NCBI GenBank assembly: GCA_013289145.1
Contig: JABDAM010000003.1
Location: 27,301-91,300 of the forward strand
Source: Alphaproteobacteria bacterium
GTDB lineage: Bacteria > Pseudomonadota > Alphaproteobacteria > UBA11073
Direction: 5' to 3'
DNA length: 64,000 nt
This document shows positions 55,016-64,000 of this stretch, piece by piece. The number at the start of each line of letters is the position of its first letter. Positions within the stretch are counted from its first letter, which is position 1. The notes beneath the pieces were generated by a model. It was not told where the DNA came from. It worked only from the letters and a program-made list of their open reading frames with translations, and ran no database searches. The position numbers and the translations under genes were made by a program.

Positions 55016-56296
55016 ATGTCACTATTCGGATCACTCTTTACCGCGGTCTCGGGCCTTTCGGCACAAAGCTATGCCATGGGCGCGATTTCAAACAACATCG
55101 CCAACGTGAATACGATTGGTTACAAAGATATCTCGACCAAATTTTCATCACTGGTGACAAACGGCGGCGCCAACACGGGCGCCTACTCATCGGGCGGCGT
55201 CTTGGCGAATACGCAAACGAATGTAAGCCAGCAGGGCACATTGGCGCAAACGCAAAACCCGACCGATCTCGCGATTTCCGGCAACGGTTTCTTTGTGGTG
55301 CGTCCTCAGCCCAATTCCGGTTCACCGGTTTACTACACGCGCTCAGGTTCATTTACGCAGGATGATAACGGCTTCTTGCGTAATACGGCCGGCATGGTGC
55401 TCTACGGATGGCCGCTGGACTCTGCGGGTAATATTCCGGCCGCGAATTCTGACTTGACGTCATTGCAACCGGTTAACGTATCTTTCCTGGGCGGCCAGAC
55501 GAAGCCGACCAGTACGGGGACGCTGTCAATCAACGTCGACTCTGGTACGGCAACGGCGGGTACTTTTACGCGGAACATGACGGTTTACGACTCGCTTGGC
55601 GCGCCGCAAACGCTGGCGATGACCTTTACTAAGACCTCAACCAACAACGCATGGACGATGAGCGTGAAAGACGGCGCAGGCAACAACCTTTTGCCGGTCA
55701 ATACGGGCCACACGCCGAATGATAATACGGTTGACGTGACGTTCAATTCGGACGGTACCATCCATCAGGTGGGTGCGACAGCGGGTGCGAAGACGCTGAC
55801 GGTTGCCGGTACGGCCGGGACCGGAATTGTTTGGGGCAACGGTTCAACCGCTCAAAGCATCAAATTAGATCTGTCGGCCGTCACGCAATACGCGGCTTCC
55901 AGTAACGTGATCAGCATCACGCAGGACGGCGCGGCGTTGGGCTTGCGGACGGGTGTCGCCATCGACTCTAGCGGAGTTGTATCGGCAACCTTCAGTAACG
56001 GCACGCAGGCAAAGATTTACCAACTGCCGATTGCGACTTTCTCTAATCCGGATGGTTTGTCGGAAGTGACCGGAAACGCTTATACCGTGACGTCGAATTC
56101 AGGTGATTACAACCTTCGTATAACGGGCGCGTCGGGTGCGGGCACCATCGGTTCTTCGCAGCTGGAACAATCCACGGTGGATTTGGCGGCGGAATTCTCG
56201 AACATGATTGTGACGCAGCGCGCATATACGGCGAATACCAAAGTGATCAGTACGGCCGACCAAATGCTGCAAGCGCTGACGAATATTATCCAATAA
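55016..56296 (+). CDS. flgE: Flagellar hook protein
   Basis: N-terminal MSLFGSLFTAVSGLSAQSYAMGAISNNIANVNTIGYK and C-terminal LEQSTVDLAAEFSNMIVTQRAYTANTK. Confidence 0.95.
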   Translation: MSLFGSLFTAVSGLSAQSYAMGAISNNIANVNTIGYKDISTKFSSLVTNGGANTGAYSSGGVLANTQTNVSQQGTLAQTQNPTDLAISGNGFFVVRPQPNSGSPVYYTRSGSFTQDDNGFLRNTAGMVLYGWPLDSAGNIPAANSDLTSLQPVNVSFLGGQTKPTSTGTLSINVDSGTATAGTFTRNMTVYDSLGAPQTLAMTFTKTSTNNAWTMSVKDGAGNNLLPVNTGHTPNDNTVDVTFNSDGTIHQVGATAGAKTLTVAGTAGTGIVWGNGSTAQSIKLDLSAVTQYAASSNVISITQDGAALGLRTGVAIDSSGVVSATFSNGTQAKIYQLPIATFSNPDGLSEVTGNAYTVTSNSGDYNLRITGASGAGTIGSSQLEQSTVDLAAEFSNMIVTQRAYTANTKVISTADQMLQALTNIIQ

Positions 56297-56325
56297 GTTT
56301 TCCCCCAACAGGCCTAGAACAGGCC

Positions 56326-56370
56326 GCAATAAAAAGGCGCCCTGCAGTACGCGGGGCGTTTTTTTATTGC
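56326..56370 (+). terminator. Terminator after flgE
   Basis: The outer stem gcaataaaaa pairs with tttttattgc. An inner GC stem cgccc/gggcg is followed by a T-run. Confidence 0.6.
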
Positions 56371-56477
56371 TTCCTAATAATTATGCTAAATCACCAGTCT
56401 ATTCAGATTTCATTAACATTCTGAATTTATTCTGATATAGTTAGAATCTAGCATCGGCATATAGGAGAACCCTCGCC

Positions 56478-56867
56478 ATGACTTATAATGCTTATACCAA
56501 AGCGCAGAATACAGGTGCCGCTGCATCACCGCGTGATTTGGAATATCGCTTGCTGGGCGCCGTGACGGCGGCCCTCCTTGAAGCAGATGAAACAGGAATA
56601 GTAATCAAGCGCGTTGATGCCGTGTGCTGGAACAGAGATGTCTGGGCGGCATTCCGGCGTGATTTAAATCACCCCCACAATGCGTTGCCGCAAAATATCA
56701 AGGATGATTTGATTGATCTTGCGAAATGGGTGGACCGCGAGACTTTCCGTATTCTGAGCGGTGAGACAATCAAGATGGACGGTCTGATCGAAGTGAACAA
56801 AAATATTATGAACGGCCTAAAACCTCCGGCCACGCGGAGCCCGGAGGCTCCATTGGTTCAGAGCTGA
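56478..56867 (+). CDS. flaF: Flagellar biosynthesis regulator FlaF
   Basis: 129 aa with AYTKAQ...SPRDLEYRLLGAVTAAL, typical of alphaproteobacterial FlaF, and in a flagellar gene context. Confidence 0.7.
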   Translation: MTYNAYTKAQNTGAAASPRDLEYRLLGAVTAALLEADETGIVIKRVDAVCWNRDVWAAFRRDLNHPHNALPQNIKDDLIDLAKWVDRETFRILSGETIKMDGLIEVNKNIMNGLKPPATRSPEAPLVQS

Positions 56868-56956
56868 CCATTAACGCTTTAGCAAGGTTTAAAGGCGATA
56901 ATATAAGGTGACGCGGTCAGAAAAGCTGCAGAAGATGCTTGAAAGGCTTTAAAATA

Positions 56957-59422
56957 ATGTCATCGGCCAGTAACATTAATCTTCCGACTGTTCCCGGTTT
57001 ATCGGGACTGGGGAATTTGCCGGTGAATGCTGCGTGGCAGATCATCAATAAAAAAGGCGAAGCAGCCGAAACCGCCGCCGTGGCAGCCAGCCAGCAAGTA
57101 AAAACAGCAAAACTCGCTTTTGACAACGCGGTTAAGAACGACACCACGGTCAATCAATTTATGAAAGATACGAATGCGCTGAATTATTTGCTGACGGCCT
57201 ATGGCCTGGGCAGCGCAGCCAGCCAAATGGGGGTCATCAAAAAGGTTTTAACCCAGGACCCCAATGCGAAAACCTCTCTTGCAAATCAATTGGCCGATCC
57301 GCGCTGGAAACAGTTGGCGCAGGATACGGACTTTTTCGATAACGGCCTGAGTAAGCTGAAAAGCAGCAACGTTACCGATACTTTCACCACAACCACAAGC
57401 GGCAAGAATTATCTTCAGGTTTTTCAGTTGGATTCCACAGGCAATCCGACCGGCAGCCTTTACGCCAACAGTTTCAATCTCAGTGTTTCATCCACAGGCA
57501 CGCTCACAACGTCTGAGGGTTATGCATTGGCCGGTATTCCTTATGACAATCGCGGCCAGCTGACGGCATCCACCCTGAACGCCAGCCAGACGGTGACTGA
57601 CAGCAAAGGCTTACAGGAAACGATTACGCAAAATCTGACGCAAAACAGCGACGGCACCTATAACTGGGAAATCAACGATGCCAATGGGCATGCATTGTAC
57701 AGCCAGGATAATGTCGCGGTTACATTTGATGCCAATGGCAATATTCAAACCGTTAACGGCACATCCGCCAGCAGTCAGAATATCACCCTAAAGTGGCCGG
57801 GCAATAGCGGTACAACCACCCAAAATTTTGATATGACGCAACTGACCAACAGTTATCAAAGTTCTGATTTGCAGGTCGTCAATGTGAATTCTTTGGCAAA
57901 TAAATCCACGCCGACGCAGAACATCACACCTTTTGTCAGCCTCAGCGCATCGCAAGGGGTGGATGGCACCACAAGTTACAGCACTACCAATCTGGTGAAT
58001 ACGGACACAACGAATTCAGACGGCTCGACGGCGCAAACGGTTGTCAAGCAAACCTTTACGAAAAACGGCGATGGCACATGGGATTGGAAGATTACCGACC
58101 CCAGCGGTAATATTTTATCCGACCAGCCCAATGCGGCTTTAACGTTTAATACAGACGGCAGCATTAATACTATCAATGGCGGCGATCCATCCAACCAGAA
58201 CGTTACACTCACCTGGCCTGACAGTGGCACAACGACCCAAAATTTTAACCTGACCAGCACTTTTAACCGGTCGGATTTTTCGCAAAGCGTCAGCGTCGTG
58301 GATAACAGCGGTACAGCCCATACGCTGCAATTGAATTACAGCAAAATCAACGATGCCAACGATCAATGGCGAGTGACTGTGGTGGATCCCAGCTTTAATA
58401 TCAATTACGGCAGCGTTGCTTTTGGTTTTGACAGTAACGGTAATATCTCCGGCGTGGGCACCTATGACGCTAACACGGGTAAAATTTCCCAAAGCGACGG
58501 TCAGAGCAATGCGACTATTCAGCAACTGAACATCAATTGGGGCGGGGCGGGCGGTATTTCCAACCTCAATCTGAATTTTAATAATATTACTTCCAGTGGT
58601 TCCGTCAGCACGCAAATTCAGAAAACGCAAACTGATAGTGTTGCGCTCGGCGCGCGCAAGGCAGTGAATGTTGATAATAACGGCGTTGTTTCCGCAACCT
58701 ATGCCAATGCCAGCGGCACGGGAACGACGACGGTTAATCTTTACCGCCTGGCAGTGAATAATTTCAGCAGTTCAGGCAATTTGACAAAATTCGGCTCGAC
58801 AAATTATTTCTCCGCCAACGGTAATACCAGCAAAGATACCATTCTGCCGACGGGCTCTCCCATCAATACAGGCGGCAACATTGTTTACGATAGCAACAAC
58901 AAGCAAGTTAATGCTTTTGGCGGTGCCTTGTCGGGCACGCCGAAGACGACTTCCACAGTAACAACATTGCAAACGATCGATAATAAATATGTTCAGGATA
59001 TTTATCAGGAAGTTTTAGGCCAGCAAAACCAAAACCTGCGCTATGCGCAATATTTCAAAGACAATATCGGTACGATTAAAAACGTTGATCAGCTTTTATC
59101 CAACCAGGCCATGGCGCTGGTGGTGCAAACCGTGGGCGGTTTGCCGAACGGTATTTATTCGCAATCATTAACAGCGCAGGAAAACGCATTCAGCAAAGCC
59201 ATCAATTTCAAAAAGCTTTCCGATCCGAATTACGTCAACAATTATATCAACCAATTCCTGGCTGTTTCCGTCGCGAACGGCACCGGCGGCGGCAGCACGA
59301 CGCTGGGCTGGCAGGCTTCCTTGCTCGGCGGCGGCAGTGGCCCTGATGATAGCGGCAATTACAGCGTTGATACGAGCGGCTTGCAAAGCCTGATCGGCAG
59401 CAGCCTGAATACTACCGCGTAA
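56957..59422 (+). CDS. Large flagellar-cluster protein: DUF1217-type N- and C-terminal modules flanking FlgE-like repeats
   Basis: DUF1217-like ends (NALNYLLTAYGLG; C-terminal LRYAQYFKDNIGTIKNVDQLLSNQAMALVVQTVGGL). The central ~500 aa hold repeated modules and a segment highly similar to the FlgE in this window. Confidence 0.7.
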   Translation: MSSASNINLPTVPGLSGLGNLPVNAAWQIINKKGEAAETAAVAASQQVKTAKLAFDNAVKNDTTVNQFMKDTNALNYLLTAYGLGSAASQMGVIKKVLTQDPNAKTSLANQLADPRWKQLAQDTDFFDNGLSKLKSSNVTDTFTTTTSGKNYLQVFQLDSTGNPTGSLYANSFNLSVSSTGTLTTSEGYALAGIPYDNRGQLTASTLNASQTVTDSKGLQETITQNLTQNSDGTYNWEINDANGHALYSQDNVAVTFDANGNIQTVNGTSASSQNITLKWPGNSGTTTQNFDMTQLTNSYQSSDLQVVNVNSLANKSTPTQNITPFVSLSASQGVDGTTSYSTTNLVNTDTTNSDGSTAQTVVKQTFTKNGDGTWDWKITDPSGNILSDQPNAALTFNTDGSINTINGGDPSNQNVTLTWPDSGTTTQNFNLTSTFNRSDFSQSVSVVDNSGTAHTLQLNYSKINDANDQWRVTVVDPSFNINYGSVAFGFDSNGNISGVGTYDANTGKISQSDGQSNATIQQLNINWGGAGGISNLNLNFNNITSSGSVSTQIQKTQTDSVALGARKAVNVDNNGVVSATYANASGTGTTTVNLYRLAVNNFSSSGNLTKFGSTNYFSANGNTSKDTILPTGSPINTGGNIVYDSNNKQVNAFGGALSGTPKTTSTVTTLQTIDNKYVQDIYQEVLGQQNQNLRYAQYFKDNIGTIKNVDQLLSNQAMALVVQTVGGLPNGIYSQSLTAQENAFSKAINFKKLSDPNYVNNYINQFLAVSVANGTGGGSTTLGWQASLLGGGSGPDDSGNYSVDTSGLQSLIGSSLNTTA

Positions 59423-59463
59423 TAAAGTCAACTTTGTCCGCGATTTTTTAAACTCTTCCGCCC

Positions 59464-59706
59464 TTGGCATCTGATGCGCGGAGGATGAATATCGTGGTGG
59501 AGCAGGGCGGGGAGCTTTACAGCCTCATCGTCGATAATGTGGGTGAGGTTATGGCCGTTTCCAGCAAAAATTTTGAACGCAATTCCGGCACGTTGGACGC
59601 GCGGTTTCGCCAGGTTTCCGCCGGAATTTACCGCCTTGAAGACCGCCTGATGGTCATTTTGGATGTGGCGAAATTATTGCGCTTTGACTTGGCGGAAGCG
59701 GCGTAG
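59464..59706 (+). pseudogene. cheW: CheW-like domain fragment (C-terminal half only)
   Basis: The 80-aa ORF aligns only to the C-terminal half of a CheW domain (IVVEQGGELYSLIVDNVGEVMAV...DRLMVILDVAKLL). No N-terminal half and no cheA lie upstream. Confidence 0.6.
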
Positions 59707-59744
59707 TGCAGTATGATCGGCGCGCACTAGAACAGTGAGGTTTC

Positions 59745-60113
59745 ATGTCAGTCTGTTTGCTCGTGGATGACAGCCGCGTAATTCGCAAAGTCGCCCGCCG
59801 TATCATTGAAGAATTGGGTTTCACGTGTGAGGAAGCCGAGGATGGTCAGCAAGCGCTCGATTTTTGCAAAAAACAATTCCCGCGCGTGATCATGCTGGAT
59901 TGGAATATGCCCGTCATGGACGGCTTGACGTTTTTAAAGGAATTGCGCGCATTGCCCGGCGGTGATGAACCCATCGTGATTTTTTGCACAACCGAAAATG
60001 AAATGGATAAAATTCAGGAAGCCATCATGGCGGGCGCGAACGAATACATCATGAAACCGTTTGATGCCGAAATCGTGTCCGGCAAATTTTCCCAAGTCGG
60101 CTTGATCGATTAA
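59745..60113 (+). CDS. cheY: Chemotaxis response regulator CheY
   Basis: 122-aa receiver domain (LLVDDSRVIRK, MLDWNMPVMDG, and a conserved K in IMKPF). Confidence 0.9.
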   Translation: MSVCLLVDDSRVIRKVARRIIEELGFTCEEAEDGQQALDFCKKQFPRVIMLDWNMPVMDGLTFLKELRALPGGDEPIVIFCTTENEMDKIQEAIMAGANEYIMKPFDAEIVSGKFSQVGLID

Positions 60114-60117
60114 TTAA

Positions 60118-60885
60118 ATGGCGGCTGCGGAAAATCAAAACCCCGACCATTACCGCGTCATGGTGGTGGATGACAGCGTGGTCATCCGCGGCACCGTGCG
60201 GCGTTTTTTGGACGCGCAACCGGGCATCCGCGTGGTCAGCTATCATCCCAACGGTGAAGAAGCTGTAAAGGCCGCCACCAGCGGGCCGCCTGTGGATGTG
60301 ATCGTGCTGGATATTCAAATGCCGGTGATGGACGGCATCACGGCTTTGCCGCTGCTCCTCAAGGCGCAACCTGAAGTCAAAGTTTTGATCTCCTCCACGT
60401 TGACCCAGCGTAATGCGGATATCAGCATCGATTGCCTGCAAAAAGGCGCAGCGGATTACATCCCTAAACCCGAGAGCGCCGCAACGGGCGGCGGCGGCGG
60501 GCCGGTGCTGGAAGAGTTTTTTCAAGATATGCACCATAAAGTTCTGGCGCTAGGCGCTGCTGCGCGGCAGTCGCGTAAATTACCGCCATTGCAGATTACA
60601 CCGGCCGCCACTCCCGTGGGCGCACCTTCGGCGCAGCATATTATACGCCAAACCGGCGTTGCCGTATTTGAAGCCGCCAACGGAGATGTGGCGGAAGGCC
60701 GCAAATTATACGTTGCGCCCGGCGGTTATCATATGCTGGCGGAGCGCAAAGGCTTGGAAACCGTTTTACGGCTGGATCAGTCGCCCCCCGAAAATTTTTG
60801 CCGCCCGGCTGTGGCGGGGGTATGCAGCGCCGTTTTGCCGCTTGAACAAATCGGTCCAGAGGTTTTAAGATTGGCGGGAAGATGA
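60118..60885 (+). CDS. cheB: Degenerate CheB-like protein: intact receiver domain, truncated and probably inactive methylesterase domain
   Basis: The receiver looks normal (MVVDDSVVIRG, VLDIQMPVMDG). The GASTGG nucleophile motif reads AATGGGGGP. The protein jumps from ENFCRPAV to the extreme C-terminus (VLPLEQIG), which skips the GMGxDG region. Confidence 0.7.
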   Translation: MAAAENQNPDHYRVMVVDDSVVIRGTVRRFLDAQPGIRVVSYHPNGEEAVKAATSGPPVDVIVLDIQMPVMDGITALPLLLKAQPEVKVLISSTLTQRNADISIDCLQKGAADYIPKPESAATGGGGGPVLEEFFQDMHHKVLALGAAARQSRKLPPLQITPAATPVGAPSAQHIIRQTGVAVFEAANGDVAEGRKLYVAPGGYHMLAERKGLETVLRLDQSPPENFCRPAVAGVCSAVLPLEQIGPEVLRLAGR

Positions 60886-61751
60886 CGCTGCGCTCCGACG
60901 ACTTCCAATTTCTTGCCAACCTGCTGAAACAACAGTCGGGACTGGTTATTAGTGAAGAGAAAGTTTATTTGCTGGAATCCCGCCTGGGGCCCATCGCGCG
61001 TAAGTTTAATTTGAATTCAATTGAAGACATCGTCGCGCGTTTGCGCAGCACGCATGATGCGAAATTATCAGAAGCCGTCATCGAAAGCATGACGACGAAT
61101 GAAAGCTCATTTTTCCGTGACGCCAAACCGTTCGATCAATTTAAAAATATCGTGCTGCCGATATTGCTGGAACAAAACGCGGCGAAAAAATCTTTCCGGA
61201 TTTGGTCCGCGGCGTCCTCTAGCGGACAGGAAGCCTATTCGCTCGCGATGGTGCTGAAGGAACAAGGCGCGAAACTCGCCGGATGGAATATTGAGATTAT
61301 CGGCACGGACCTCTCGCGCGAAATGGTGGAGCGTGCAAAGGACGGCACCTATACGCAATTCGAAGTGCAGCGCGGTTTGCCCATTCAAATGCTGATGAAA
61401 TATTTCAAACAGGAAGGCGAAAAGTGGCGCGTTTCCGAGGATATCCGCAAGATGGTGACGTACCGCACGTTTAATCTGCTCAGCGATTTTACGTCGCTGG
61501 GCGTGTTTGACGTGATTTTCTGCCGCAATGTTTTGATTTATTTCGACACGCCGACCAAAACGCGGATTTTGGAAAATATGGTGCGGCAATTGCCGCCGCA
61601 CGGCGTGGTCTTTTTAGGCGGCGCGGAAACGGTTTTGGGAATTACGGAAAAACTTAAACCCATGCCGGATCAGCGCGGCATTTATGCCCTGAATGTGAAC
61701 AAGCCGGCGGGTGTTACCGTTGCCCCGCCGTTGCAGGCAGCGCGGGTTTAG
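60882..61751 (+). CDS. cheR: Chemotaxis protein methyltransferase
   Basis: 289 aa with the SAM-binding IWSAASSSGQEAYSLAM. The ATG overlaps the cheB TGA. Confidence 0.9.
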   Translation: MTLRSDDFQFLANLLKQQSGLVISEEKVYLLESRLGPIARKFNLNSIEDIVARLRSTHDAKLSEAVIESMTTNESSFFRDAKPFDQFKNIVLPILLEQNAAKKSFRIWSAASSSGQEAYSLAMVLKEQGAKLAGWNIEIIGTDLSREMVERAKDGTYTQFEVQRGLPIQMLMKYFKQEGEKWRVSEDIRKMVTYRTFNLLSDFTSLGVFDVIFCRNVLIYFDTPTKTRILENMVRQLPPHGVVFLGGAETVLGITEKLKPMPDQRGIYALNVNKPAGVTVAPPLQAARV

Positions 61752-62718
61752 TCTCATTTTTGATTTTGCGCCAAGCTATGACGTTTTTTTGATGCGCTTC
61801 ATAAGTCGCGGCAAAATTATGGCCGCCTAAACCGTTCGCCACAAAATACAGGTAATCATTTTTCTCCGGCGTAAGCGCGGCGAGGAGCGATGCGCGCCCG
61901 GGATTGTTAATCGGCGTCGGCGGCAGGCCGTCGTTCAGGTAAGTATTATAGGGATTTGCCGTTTGCAGATCGGCGAGCGTCAGCGCGCGGCCGAGATTGC
62001 CGGAACCGTCGCTGGCGCCGTATGCCACCGTCGGGTCGGCTTCCAGCCGCATCGGTTTTGCGAGGCGATTAAGGTAAACGGCCGCAACGCGCGCGCGTTC
62101 TTCGGATTTCGGCGTTTCGGCCTCAATAATACTGGCGAGTTTCAGCCAATCATCCGTGGTTTTCAGCGGATAATCCGCCGCGCGCCGGGGCCACGTCGCG
62201 GCAATAAAATCCGCCATTTTCTTTTTCATGCGGGACAGGATTTCTTCGCGCTTATCGCCGCGCGTGAAGGTATAGGTATCGGGCATCAATGTACCTTCGG
62301 CGGGAATTTCTGTAACGTCGCCCATTAAAAATGTGTTTTGATTTAATGCCGAAACGATCTGCTTGCTCGTCCAGCCTTCGGGAAAGGTGATTTTACGGAC
62401 CAGAATTTCTCCGCGCGCGAATTTTTGCACGACATGCCACAGCGAAATCTGCGGCGTGAATTCATATTCGCCCGCTTTGATTTTATTTTTATTTCCGGTG
62501 ACGGCGATCAGCGCCGCGAATTCATATTCATTGCCGATAACATTCGCATTTTTCAACGCTGCGGCGGTTTGCAATAAACCCGTATGCGGCTCAATGACGA
62601 CATCAGCCGGTTGCGTCAGCGGGCCCTTGCCGACCAATGATAAGCCGAACAGAACGCCGCCGCCGCCGAAGAGGAGGGGGATGATGAGGGTGAAGAGAAG
62701 GAATAATCTTTGATTCAT
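61714..62718 (-). CDS. mltG: Endolytic murein transglycosylase (YceG-like)
   Basis: 334 aa with an N-terminal TM helix and a YceG core (ASIIEAETPKSEERARVAAVYLNRL, YNTYLNDGLPPTPINNPG). Confidence 0.9.
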   Translation of the reverse strand: MNQRLFLLFTLIIPLLFGGGGVLFGLSLVGKGPLTQPADVVIEPHTGLLQTAAALKNANVIGNEYEFAALIAVTGNKNKIKAGEYEFTPQISLWHVVQKFARGEILVRKITFPEGWTSKQIVSALNQNTFLMGDVTEIPAEGTLMPDTYTFTRGDKREEILSRMKKKMADFIAATWPRRAADYPLKTTDDWLKLASIIEAETPKSEERARVAAVYLNRLAKPMRLEADPTVAYGASDGSGNLGRALTLADLQTANPYNTYLNDGLPPTPINNPGRASLLAALTPEKNDYLYFVANGLGGHNFAATYEAHQKNVIAWRKIKNETKPALPATAGQR

Positions 62719-62767
62719 AAGCTTATTATATCGTCGTTGCTTTGCTGTGCTCGCAATGACGAGGAAG

Positions 62768-64000
62768 TTAAACCGCCTTGAACACCAGCGACGCGTTCGT
62801 GCCGCCGAAGCCGAAGGAGTTTGACAGCGCGATATTCACTTTTTTCTCCTGCGCCTTGAGCGGCGTGAGGTTAATGTCACGGCAGCTTTCAGACGGATTG
62901 TGCAAATTCAACGTCGGCGGGCAAACGCCGTCGCGGATGGCGAGGATGGAGAAAATCGCCTCGGCCGCGCCCGCCGCGCCAAGCAGATGGCCGATGGCGG
63001 ATTTGGTGGAGGATACATTGACCTTATCCACCGCGCTGCCCAACAATCTTTTCACCGCGCCGATTTCAATCTCATCCCCCAGCGGTGTCGAGGTGCCGTG
63101 CGCGTTGATGTAATCGACATCATCCGGGTTAATCTTCGCGCGGCGCAAGGCGTTTTGCATGGAGCGGAAACCGCCGCTGCCTTCAGGATGCGGGGCGGTG
63201 ATGTGATAGGCGTCGCCCGACATGCCGTAGCCGATGATTTCCGCATAAATTTTTGCGCCGCGTTTTTTGGCGTGTTCATATTCTTCCAGAACCACCACGC
63301 CCGCGCCTTCGCCCATCACGAAACCGTCGCGGCCTTCGTCATAAGGGCGCGATGCCTCGGTCGGGCGGTCGTTGTATCCAGTCGAGAGCGCGCGCGCCGC
63401 CGCGAAACCGGCGATGCCCAGGCGGTTGATGGCGGCTTCGGAACCGCCGGCCACCATCACATCCGCATCGTCCAGCATAATCAAACGCGCCGCGTCGCCG
63501 ATTGCGTGCGCGCCGGTTGAGCAGGCGGTGACGACCGCGTGGTTGGGGCCGCGAAAATCGTGCTTGATGGAAACCTGGCCGGAAATCAGGTTGATTAACG
63601 ACGCAGGAATAAAGAACGGCGAAACGCGCCGCGGGCCTTTTTCGGTCAGGACTTGGGAGGTTTCAAAAATCTCGCCGAGGCCGCCGATGCCGGAGCCGAT
63701 TAAAACGCCGGTGCGATTTTTGGCTTCGTCGTCCGTGGGCGCGTAACCGGAATCACGAATGGCCTCATCCGCCGCGGCAATGCCGAAGTGGATGAAGGTA
63801 TCGTTTTTGCGCTGATCCTTGGGCGGCAGGGTATCATCCACATTGAATTCGCCCGCGCCCGTACCGCGTTGCACGATCCCGCCGATTTGCGCGGCCAGAT
63901 CGCTGACATCGAAATGTTCAATACGGCAAATGCCCGACTCGCCCGCCACTAGGCGGCGCCAGGTATATTCGGCGCCGTTGCCCAGGGGCGAGAGCAGGCC
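62768..64000 (-). CDS. fabF: Beta-ketoacyl-ACP synthase II, 5' end beyond the window
   Basis: ACSTGAHAIGDA, HGTSTPLGD and NSFGFGGTNASLVF are present. The frame stays open through base 64000 (...GLLSPLGNGAEYTWRRLVAGESG). Confidence 0.95.
   Translation of the reverse strand, partial: GLLSPLGNGAEYTWRRLVAGESGICRIEHFDVSDLAAQIGGIVQRGTGAGEFNVDDTLPPKDQRKNDTFIHFGIAAADEAIRDSGYAPTDDEAKNRTGVLIGSGIGGLGEIFETSQVLTEKGPRRVSPFFIPASLINLISGQVSIKHDFRGPNHAVVTACSTGAHAIGDAARLIMLDDADVMVAGGSEAAINRLGIAGFAAARALSTGYNDRPTEASRPYDEGRDGFVMGEGAGVVVLEEYEHAKKRGAKIYAEIIGYGMSGDAYHITAPHPEGSGGFRSMQNALRRAKINPDDVDYINAHGTSTPLGDEIEIGAVKRLLGSAVDKVNVSSTKSAIGHLLGAAGAAEAIFSILAIRDGVCPPTLNLHNPSESCRDINLTPLKAQEKKVNIALSNSFGFGGTNASLVFKAV

Noticed and set aside
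56893-56904. GGCGATAA upstream of the DUF1217/FlgE-like gene as a sigma28 -10 element
   Set aside because: No TAAA -35 element lies at the required ~15-nt spacing, so the match is too partial to call.

Overview
The window looks like chromosomal DNA from a GC-rich alphaproteobacterium. This is inferred from flaF and DUF1217 flagellar genes, a lipoyl domain on PdhB, a CdnL/CarD gene, a two-domain Csp, and cheW-cheY-cheB-cheR order. Most of it is housekeeping: an RND efflux pump with its outer-membrane factor, kdsA, a Wza/Wzc polysaccharide-export cluster, nrdAB, fumC, pdxH, fabI, aroC, acnA, tRNA-Thr, pdhABC-lpdA-lipA, a fliK-flgD-flgE-flaF block, a che remnant, mltG and fabF. Small, visibly AT-richer insertions sit between these genes: four toxin-antitoxin pairs (BrnTA, two MNT/HEPN pairs, ParE-type) and about a dozen orphan ORFs. 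I saw no rRNA, CRISPR array, transposase or integrase. The most unusual signal is a repeat family made of inverted arrays of a stop-free octamer (CAGACGAG)n. It sits in frame in the flexible linkers of PdhB and PdhC and also at a convergent gene junction. Other notable points: two MNT/HEPN modules spliced tightly into the nrdA-nrdB operon; three copies of the fumC 3' end bounding accessory cassettes; a family of nested GTCAYCCCGG palindromes; a decayed chemotaxis operon; a DUF1217-FlgE chimera; and CarD with a histone-H1-like N-terminal tail. All functional calls come from reading the translated ORFs and motifs by eye; no database search was possible.
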